64,000 nt of DNA from positions 15,872,001 to 15,936,000 of the forward strand of contig NC_043010.1 in assembly GCF_006345805.1 (NCBI RefSeq). Direction: 5' to 3'. The notes beneath the pieces are model-generated. The model saw only the letters and a program-made list of their open reading frames with translations, did no database searches and was not told the DNA's origin. The DNA comes from Octopus sinensis. Lineage: Eukaryota. The translations under genes and the position numbers were made by a program. Of this stretch, positions 24,301 to 64,000 are shown one piece after another (within the stretch, counting starts at the first letter, position 1; each line of letters opens with the position of its first letter).

Positions 24301-25664
24301 AACATCCATATACATGCACACAAGACACATATACTAAATACACACAGACATGCAAACAAAGGCACACTCACTGATCCATGTGCAAACACATGCACAGATA
24401 AGGATACATCATCATCGTTTAACATTCGCTTTCCATGCTAGCATGGGTTGGACGGTTCAACTGGGGTCTGGGAAGCCAGGAGGCTGCACCAGGCTCCAGT
24501 CTGATCTGGCAGTGTTTCTACAGCTGGATGCCCTTCCTAACACCAACCACTCCATGAGTGTAGTGGGTGCTTTTTACGTGCCACTGACACAGGTGCCAGA
24601 CGAGGCTGGCAATGGCTACGATTGAATGGTGCTTTTTACGTGCCACTGGCACGGAGGCCAGGCGAGGCTGGCAATGGCTACGATCGGATGGTGCTTTTTA
24701 CGTTCCACTGGCATGGAGGCCAGTCAGGGCGGCGCTGGCTACGGCCACGTTCGGATGGTTCTCTTACATGCCACCAGCACTGGTATCACAGCTACAAATT
24801 CCATTGATGTTGATCGATTTCGATTTTGACCACAGAAAGAAAAAATGAAATAAGCAGAACACAAGGAGACATTGAATAGTGTTGCTAAAGGGGTCATAGG
24901 ACGTGTGACGAAAGAGCTTTGACAAAGAAACTAAAATCATCATCATCATTTAGCATCCATTTTCCTTACTAGCATGGGTGAGACAGTTTGAGTGGAGCTA
25001 GTCAGCTGCACCAGGTTCCAGTCTTGTTTCAGCTTGGTTCCTATGTCTGGATACCTTTCCTAATGCCAACCACTTCACAGAATGAACAAGTTGTCCCTTT
25101 CATGTCTTCAACCTAAGTACCCTTCACCTGTGACTGGCATGGGTGCCTTTTCTGTGTCACTGGCACTGGCCATGACTACAATTTCTCTTGGCTCGCTGTG
25201 TCTTCTCAAGCACTGCAAATCATCAAAAGTCTCAATCACTTGTTATTGCCTCTGTCAGGCTCAACATCTCAAGATCATATTCACCACCTCATCTCATATC
25301 TTCCTGGTTCGCTCCACAGTTGGCCAATCAGAAAGCTTTCAACTTGGCTTTGGAACCGATCAAAGACTATTTAATATAGCGTGGCTACACGGATCATATT
25401 TCGTGTTCAATGTCTCGCATTATACATGAGTAAATAGGGGAGATAGCATGTTCTGAAGGTTGTAGCAGAAGTGATTTACACTGTCATCGTGTGAGCTGTT
25501 TTTGTTTTGACTCATCTACGCTTAAATACCCGAATATTGGCCCCTTTCATTCCAGCAGGTCACACGACCTTGTGATTGAACAAACCTGTTGTTTGTATTG
25601 GTCAGTTTCCAGCTGTCTAATCATGTTGGTGCAACAGTTCATTTTTGCTTACACGGGAAATTAA

Positions 25665-25885
25665 CTCTTTCATTACCAACCTGGCCGAAACCACCTCTGG
25701 CTCTGTTGTAAAAATGTCTTGTTTTCTTAAGTTTTGAATTAAAATCTTCCACCAAACCTTAGTCACAATTTATGTTACTAACACAAGCTTAATGATAACT
25801 AAGTTATTTTTCTAAATTCTTTGTTATATTTAAAGTAATTGAAAGAAACACAGAGCATCTCAACAGAAATACGGTAATGAAAGGG
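25665..25885. mobile_element. piggyBac-like MITE (second family)
   Basis: TTAA|CTCTTTCATTACC...GGTAATGAAAGGG|TTAA. Confidence 0.78.
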
Positions 25886-26794
25886 TTAATCACCAGCTTC
25901 TGGGAGCTTACTGATCTCAATAAGAAAGACAGTTCTCACTTGTTCTAGGTCTTTGGCACACGCCACTGACCACATGCATCTCATCTTTGGCAATGATGTA
26001 TCTGACACCAGTCAGTCTCTGCTTTCATCTCCTCCACCAGACACCTGTCTACATCATTGCTGTACTAAGACCACATGACCAACAGCTGCCTCTACACACC
26101 ACCAAACAGTACTTCAACCCTGTCTACAAGATCAATAGTCCAGCCGAATCACAAAGTCTCTCACAAATCTTTGTTGTAACCTGTTATGTTATTTTATTTC
26201 ATGTATGGCAATCATTGTATTTTATAATGGAGAATAAATCATCATCTACCTGTTCTGAATTACCTTAAATTATTTGTGAAGTTTAAGGAAGGCTCTTTCC
26301 TTATTTCCATACAAATGTAACAGGGTTAACGTTTAATAGTTGTGGCAACTACACACTATGTATAGTGGTAAAAGAAACCCATGGCTATATCAGTGTTCGA
26401 TATTTGTTTTGATTGATTCTTGTTGCCTTCAAGTAACTTGTTTCATTTGCTTCCTTTTGTATCCAAAAATCAGAAAACTGAAACCCGAGATACGTTTTGT
26501 GATGTTTTCCACCTTCCAATTGTGTATATTTTGCTCTACTTCTAGTATTGAGTATTCTTTCCTCCACTCTTGTTCGTACTAATGGCTGAAGGAAAATACC
26601 TGCAAAATAAATATGTGTGCATGTCTGTCTGTATATAGTGCACCTATAGAATGTAGGGAATAAAGCATATAGACAGGTAAAAAAAAATGATAAAAGTTCA
26701 GAGTCATTGATAAAAACGTGGTAAGAAAAAGTATGTAATGTGAGCTTGTAAAAAGCTTTAAAATGATAGACGAAGCAATGGAAGTTAAGAACTT

Positions 26795-27208
26795 GGATCT
26801 TTTCGGTTTGAACGGCAGTTTTTAAAATAATTTCTAAGTAACTAAAAAATTTTAAACTTCGTGTACTGGTAGAATGTGTTTATAAAACATCTTTTTCTCT
26901 TGGCTTTATTGAGAAAATTCTATAGTTTGTAATATATTTGTTGTTTTTTTTTCTTCAATTTCTACAATTTCAACCAATCAGTGGCGTCTATTGAGGTAAA
27001 AAAAACATTCTGTGCCGTATGAATATGTCCCTCGTTTAAGAAACAGATTGGGTTTATTTACATTTCTGAAGAATAAAAGATACCCTTCCCCCCACTCCTA
27101 ACCCTAAAAGAGATTGAAATGCAATAGATCAATACTAGGGTCATAATTATGGGTGACAATTTCATATGACACCACTAGAAAAAACTGCTGTTCAAACCGA
27201 AAAGATCC
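26795..27208. mobile_element. GGATC-TIR MITE (opposite orientation); partial copy at 27398-27536
   Basis: Both TIRs present; no TSD. Confidence 0.88.
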
Positions 27209-29172
27209 CACAAAATAAACAGCAACCCTATCCATAAACACACAACATGCCTTCAATAGATTTGAACCAATGCAACATTAAATTCAAATTCACCAAATCC
27301 CTTCCATGGGCAACATCTAAGATGTTTAATAGTATAAAAGGCAAGATAACCCACAATCTATTCTACACAGAATGTCTGAAAGGCAAACAATGTGCATAAG
27401 ATACCCTTCCCCCCCACCTCTAACCCTAAACCTAAAACAGATTGAAATGCAATAGATCGATTCTAGGGTCATAATTATGGGTGACAATTTCATATGACAC
27501 CGCTAGAAAAAACTGCTGTTCAAACCGAAAAGATCCATTCTTGTGTGGGCTTCACTGCAGCTCTGCTACTTGGAAGTATGGTAAGTGGAATGGTTATTGT
27601 TATGTAGAGCTGTATCTAGATTACAGGATTTTTACCTGGTTTTTGGATTAAGGATTTCATTCCTGGACTGTTTATATCTGCCCTGTCTGTTGTGACTATC
27701 ACTGCCATGACAACTGCTGGAAATGTGACTTCTATCTTCACCGTGCACTAAGATCTTGTACTGTATCTTAAGCAGTGACTAAGGTCCATGTCATGTCCCT
27801 GTCACTTTGGGTTAGGCTGCATACTCAACAACTGCCACCGATAATTCCGGTTAGTAAGCTTTTTTTACAATACTTGTGGAGGCACATGGCCTAGTGGTTA
27901 GAGCAGTGGACACGCGGTTGAGGGATCGCGGGTTTGAATCTCAGACCGGGCAATGTGTGTGTTTATGAGCGAAACACTTAAGCTCCACGCGGCTCTGGTA
28001 GAAGGTAATGGTGAAACTTCTGCTGACTCTTTCGCCACAACTTTCTCTCACTCTTTCCTCCTGCATCTTGCAGCTCACCTGCGACGGACTGGTGTCCCGT
28101 CCAGGTGGTTAACCTATACGCCAAGAAACCGGGAAACCGGAATATTCATTCATTTCAATACTTGTTAATATAACAACCTTCTCAGTCACTGATTGGACCC
28201 AATGGCAAGGGCATAGACATGTCTGCTGACGAGTCACAGAAGTTGATTGGTCTGAAAGGTGAAGACACAGGCAAGCTTTCCCTTCTGGAGTTTGGTGGTT
28301 GATGATCAAATCTTTAAACTTGTGAATCTATGTTCAAATGACAAGAGCACTTAATATAACATGAGATATTTATTGTAAACTGTATGATTTTCAAAGTGAA
28401 AGCAAGTAAAATTTACAAATATAAGCTAATCAGTTTAATAAACAATTTCTTGCACAAGTAGAGCACTATACTGAATGCATTATTCTATGTAGTTTCGTAC
28501 CTTTAGATTCTGACTTCAATTTCTAACCAAACCAACATGGTGTCATCCACATGTAGCATAAACAACTTATGACAAAACTGGGAATATAATACTCTTTTAC
28601 TTGTTTCAGTCATTTGACTGTGGCCATGCTGGAGCATCACCTTTTAGTCGAGCAAATCGACCCCAGGACTTATTCTTATGTAAGCCTAATACTTATCTTA
28701 TTGGTCTCTTTTGCCGAACCGCTAAGTTACAGGGACGTAAACACACCAACATCGGTTGTCAAGCGATGTTGGGAGGACAAACACAGACACACAAACACAT
28801 ATATATATACGACGGGCTTCTTTCAGTTTCCATCTACCAAATTCACTCACAAGGCTTTGGTCAGCCCGAGGCTATAGTAGAAGACACTTGCCCAAGGTGC
28901 CACGCAGTGGGACTGAACCCGGAACCATGTGGTTGGTAAGCAAGCTACTTACCACACAGCCACTCCTCCTAATAAAAATATTTAGTGGATCTATAATGGG
29001 AGGCAAGGTTTACGATATCAGGTGAATATCGCCTTCTCCCATTAAATATTGTTCTTTGTGTAGTTCAGGCTCCAGCAGGCGAGGAAAGAAGTCTTTAAGT
29101 AGAAACGCAATTTACAACCGATTTATTTACAAGTTTCATAGAATAGATGAAGTGTGCTGCTCTCAGCAACCT

Positions 29173-29563
29173 TCTCAAGCTGTGTGCGTTTTGTTGTATC
29201 TCCGTTAATGCGGGCCCATTGCCTCTGGAGATACAACATGCAGACAGGACTATCTTGGAAACCCAGCCAGGGAAGCGTGCCCAGCATGCGCTTGTAGTGA
29301 AAAGGGAATGAATCTGTTTTTGTTGGGCCCTTATATCCAGTTTACCATCGTGAGCCTCGTTGTGCATACCATCTCAAGCTGTGTGCGTTTTGTTGTATCT
29401 CCGTTAACGCGGACCCATTGCCTCTGGAGATACAACATGCAGACAGGACTATCTTGGAAACCCAGCCAGTGAAGTGTGCTCAGCAAGCACTTGTGGTGAA
29501 AAGAGAATGAATCTGTTTCTGTTTTGCCCTTATATCCAGTTTGCCATCACAAGCCTCGTTGTG
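29173..29563. repeat. Tandem duplication of a ~200-bp unit containing a hairpin
   Basis: TCTCAAGCTGTGTGCGTTTTGTTGTATCTCCG at 29173 and 29373. Confidence 0.85.
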
Positions 29564-31997
29564 ATCTCACGCATGGCAAATGGATGCAGGTGAGGTCTCG
29601 CTCCAGTCTCAAGAGATGGCAATGGCTGCCGTGAAATCTCATCCAATATGGCGCTGACTGCTTGTGCCGCTACAGATCTTATTTTAATACTAATGTTGCT
29701 ACAGAGGATGCTTTATAGAATCTCATTTACTTGTTTCAGTCATTTGACTGTGGCCATGCTGGAGCACCGCCTTTAGTCGAGGAAATCGACCCCAGGACTT
29801 ACTCTTTGTAAGCCTAGTACTTATTCTATCGGTCTCTTTTGCCGAACCGTTAAGTTACGGGGACGTAAACACACCAGCATTGGTTGTCAAGCGATGGTTG
29901 GGCAAACACAACACATAAACATATATATACATATACATATATACGACGGGCTTCTTTCAGTTTCTGTCTACCAGATCCACTCACAAGGCTTTGGTCGGCT
30001 CTAGGCTATAGTAGAAGACACTTGCCCAAGGAGCCATGTGGTGGGACTGAACCCAGAACCATGTGGTTGGTAAGCAAGCTACTTACCACACAGCCACTCC
30101 TATGCCTATGATAATGATTTCAAATTTTGATACAGAGCCAGCAGAATCGGAGAAGTGGATAAGTCTACACGGACCCCAGTGTTCAAATGGTACTTATTTT
30201 ATCAACCTCGAAAGGATAAAAAACAAAGTCAACCCTCGTGGAATTTGAACTCAGAGCATAAAAACTGACAAAATGCCACTAAGAATCTTACCTGCTTTAT
30301 AGAATAATAACAAAAAGCACCAATCCGATCGTGGCCGTTGCCAGCCTCGCCTGGCACCTGTGCCGGTGGCACGTAAAAAAGCACCCACTACACTCATGGA
30401 GTGGTTGGCATTAGGAAGAGCATCCAGCTGTAGAAACACTGCCAGATCAAGCTGGAGCCTGGTGCAGCCGTCTGGCTTCCCAGACCCAGGTCGAACTGTC
30501 CAACCCATGCTAGCATGGAAAACGGAGTTTAAATGATGATGATGATGATGAATAAAAACAAACTCATTGAATACGCTGCTCAGGTGTTCCACAACCGACT
30601 GGAAAAGAGGGGACAACATAGTAATAAGTCAAATAAAGAAAGGCCATGAAAGCCAAAAATACATACACAGTACATAGCACTGTAAAATGAACAGTGTAAA
30701 AACCATAAAGGGGAAAGTGTGTATGGATACTTCAAGGGTTAGTGCTTGAGAATTCCATGAAGATTACAGGGTCCTGACAGCCAAGAAGTTTATTAAGGCT
30801 TCCACAACTCTGACACCCTCCTACTTTCTTTTACTTGTTTCAGTCATTTGACTGCAGCCATGCTGGAGCACCGCCTTTAGTTGAGCAAATTGACCCCAGT
30901 ACTTATTCTATCAGTCTCTTTTGCCGAACCACTAAGTTACGGGGACGTAAACACACCAGCATCGGTTGTCAAGCGATGTTGGGGGCACAAACATATACAC
31001 ACATATATATATATATACATATATACAACAGGCTTCTTTCAGTTTCCGTCCACCAAATCCACTCACAAGGCTTTGGTAGGCCCGAGCCCATAGTAGAAGA
31101 CACTTGCCCAAGGTGTCACGCAGTGGGACTGAAACTGGAACCATGTGGTTGGTAAGCAAGCTACTTACCACACAGCCACTCCTGTGTATGTGTGTGTATA
31201 TGTTTGTGTGTCTGTGTTTGTTCCCCCAAAATCGCTTTTCAACTGATGGTGGTGTGTTTACGTCCCTGTAACTTAATGGTTCAGCAAAAGAGACCGATAG
31301 ATTAAGTACTAGGCTTACAAAGAATAAGTTCTGGGGTTGATTTGCTCGACTAAAGGCAGTGCTCCAGCATGGCCGCAGTCAAATGACTGAAACAAATAAA
31401 AGAGTGTACCACTGCATAACACATTTTTATGGGTGAGGATTAGGGATTTTCAGGTACCTGGATGTCTAGAGGGGCAGGGTGAAGGTTGGTGACTGCTGGG
31501 GGAGGGTGAGACAGTGTGGGACCGGGTGGGAGTTCACTTTTTTTTTACTTCAGTTCTTTTTTTCCTATTTTTCTTTTCTTAGCCTGAGTACTCCAATCTT
31601 CTTTTTTCTTTGCCTCTTGGGTTTCCTTCTTTTCCATCTCCTACCACGTCACGATTCTCTCTCACACACTGTCTTGCAACACGAAATACCTCAAGTCTTT
31701 CATCCTCCCGGCGCAGGACATTGGCAAAGGACATCACAAAAGGTGGAGGTACGATTTTCTGGGTAGATATCTTTGCACAAAGTGGAGGTATTTTTACCAC
31801 ATTTAAAACATTGGGACGTCCTGTCCTCCACCATGTCTCTCAGTTTTACTTCTTCACCTACTGTGATAGTTTCTGCTACCTTTTCCAAGTCCTTCAGGAC
31901 AGCCTGGATTCTCATTTCCAGGCCCTGCCCTTAGCAATTCCTTTGTGCTTTGTGGCACTCATTTGTCCTGGAGGACCACAAACTTGCCTTCCATACT

Positions 31998-32418
31998 GGA
32001 TCTTTTCGATTTGAACGGTAGTTTTTTCTAGCAGTGTCATATGAAATTGTCACCCATAATTATGACCCTAGTATCGATCTATTGCATTACAATCTGTTTT
32101 AGGGTTAGGGTTAGGGGTGGGGGAAGGGTATCTTTTTTTCTTCACAAATCTAAATAAACCCAATCTGTTTCTTAAACGAGGGACATATTCATACGGCACA
32201 AAATGTTTTTTTTACCTCAATAGACGTCAGTGATTGGTTGAAATTGCAGAAATTGAATATAAAAAAAAACAACAAATATCTTACAAACTATAGAATTTTC
32301 TCAATAAAGCCAAGAGAAAAAGATGTTTTATAAACACATTCTGCCAGTATACGAAGTTTAAAATTTTTTAGTTACCTAGAAATTATGTTAAAAACTGCCG
32401 TTCAAACCGAAAAGATCC
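31998..32418. mobile_element. GGATC-TIR MITE
   Basis: Both TIRs present; no TSD. Confidence 0.88.
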
Positions 32419-32479
32419 AAGTTCTTAACTTCCATTGCCTCGTCTATCATTTTAAAACTTTTTACAAGCTCCTCCTCGG

Positions 32480-33026
32480 ACGACGACAAGTCTGAGGAGA
32501 TAACATTTTCGTATCTCGCCTCTATTACCGCGCTCCCCCTTTCAAACAAGGAGGAAAAGCATAAACAATGCTGCCGCAGGCAGCAAAACAAAGTGTCGCT
32601 AGACAAAAAAAAACCCTTTAAAACAACAGCATTTACAAATTAACTTAAAGTGAAAAAACGTCCAACACTTAAGATGTTAAGAGCAGCGTCGTTAACGAAA
32701 TGCAAGTTAGCAGGTTCGCAGGTTGAACTTATTTCCCTTGCAGTCTTTCTTTACAAAGGTACACATTCCATAAAGACACCGGTGAATCTCAGTTGCACTT
32801 CCCCTCCCGCCATATTTTCTAGAACGTAAGCGACCTTTTATTTTTTTTTGCCGCCATTTGTGCCCATTTTGTGCCCAGGCGATCCGTGTTGGACGGGGAA
32901 GCAGCGATAGAACTGTTTTGTTTCTTCTGAAAAACAAACGAAACATAAACAAAGAAAGAAAGTAACAAACCAAAAAGAAATACACCGTCTGTATTATGCA
33001 ATTATTTTACTATATCATCAGGCAGA
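32480..33026 (+). promoter_or_regulatory. Probable SMC3 promoter/5'UTR, CpG-enriched, with YY1-like motifs
   Basis: CpG density is higher than in the flanks, directly upstream of the ATG. CGCCATATT at 32808-32816, GCCGCCATTTG at 32850-32860 and GCCCATTTT at 32862-32870 resemble the YY1 consensus CGCCATnTT. Confidence 0.6.
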
Positions 33027-63022
<29,996 letters not shown>

Positions 63023-63311
63023 GTGAGTAATATTTCCTTTTTTTTTTTTATATACTTTAGAAGTGTATTGTGTGGGGGTTCAGCTCCTAATCTTAATTTG
63101 TTCTATGGATCATCATCATCATCATCGCTTAATGTCTGTTTTCTTTGCTGGCATTGGTTGGACGGTTTGACCAAAGCTCGTAAGTGGGGTGCATGGTCTC
63201 TGCAGCTGGATGTCTTTTCTAATGCCAACCACTTTACAGAATGTGGTGGGTGCTTTTACATGGCCCCCACATAAATGCTTTTACATGGAACCAGCACAGG
63301 ACTCTAGCAGG

Positions 63312-63670
63312 CTAGACTGTTGGCAGATTTCCTGAAGTTGGTGTTGCAGACCAGTAAGCCATAAACATCACGAAACTACTCCAGCCTTGTCCGCTTCTCA
63401 TTCCTGGAGCCAAAGCCATAGCCATCATGCACACTTTAAAATCCGTCAGGCTGTCTTTCCCAACATGCCCATTGAAGTCCCCTGCCACATTGAGAATGTT
63501 GTCTTTTGCCATTGAAGAGGTCCTTCTGAGTATCTGCAAGTCTGGTGTGTGGAATGTATGCAGAGAGAGATCACTGACACTATTACATCAAACAAGGCTA
63601 TTCTTAGCTTAATAATCCTATCGCATACCCTGACTACCTCAATCATCTTATCTGCCCATTTCTTTGCTAG
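63312..63670 (-). mobile_element. RTE apurinic-endonuclease domain relic
   Basis: EVVRVCDRIIKLRI...AGDFNGHVG. Confidence 0.75.
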
Positions 63671-64000
63671 TAGAATACCCTCTCTCTCTCTTTCTCTCTT
63701 TTACCTGTTTCAGTCATTTGACTGTGGCCATACTGGAGCACCGCCTTTAGTCGAGCAAATCAACCCCAGGACTTATTCTTTGTAAGCCTAGTACTTATTC
63801 TATCGGTCTCTTTTGCCAAACCGCTAAGTTACTGGGACATAACACACCAGCATCGGTTGTCAAGCGATGTGGGGGAGGGGGCAAACAGACACACAAACAC
63901 ACACACAAATATATATACATACATATATATGATGGGCTTCTTTCACTTTCCGTCTACTAAATCCACTCACAAGGCTTTGGTCGGCCCGAGGCTATAGTAG

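Noticed and set aside
32097-32130. Telomere or interstitial telomeric array
   Set aside because: There are only 2-3 TTAGGG units, and they are an internal part of the MITE.

Overview
This is eukaryotic, AT-rich, repeat-dense genomic DNA. The SINE/LINE/MITE repertoire and the long (AT)n and (CAT)n microsatellites resemble an octopus or other coleoid cephalopod (inference). Two spliced protein genes lie on the + strand: the last three exons of a protein ending in two tandem SH3 domains (6579-18593), and the first 15 coding exons of cohesin SMC3 (33027-63022, continuing past the window) behind a CpG-rich promoter with YY1-like motifs. Most other sequence is transposon-derived: tRNA-derived SINEs, RTE, CR1-like and R4/Dong-like LINE relics, a Penelope GIY-YIG relic, hAT, piggyBac and mariner elements, Helitron/HINE-like elements, and about 13 copies of a TTAGGG-containing MITE. 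The most notable signal is a set of small non-coding insertions carrying type I hammerhead ribozyme motifs. The best is a structured 354-nt monomer with a terminal direct repeat and a 13-bp TSD at 19981-20416, which has retrozyme-like architecture. At least three other hammerhead-bearing families occur, and a Helitron shares 46 bp with the retrozyme-like element. Other oddities are a triplicated SMC3 exon end that creates an in-frame cryptic exon, and a 62-bp LINE-3'UTR satellite with an 11-unit higher-order repeat. All calls were made by eye; no database searches were run.
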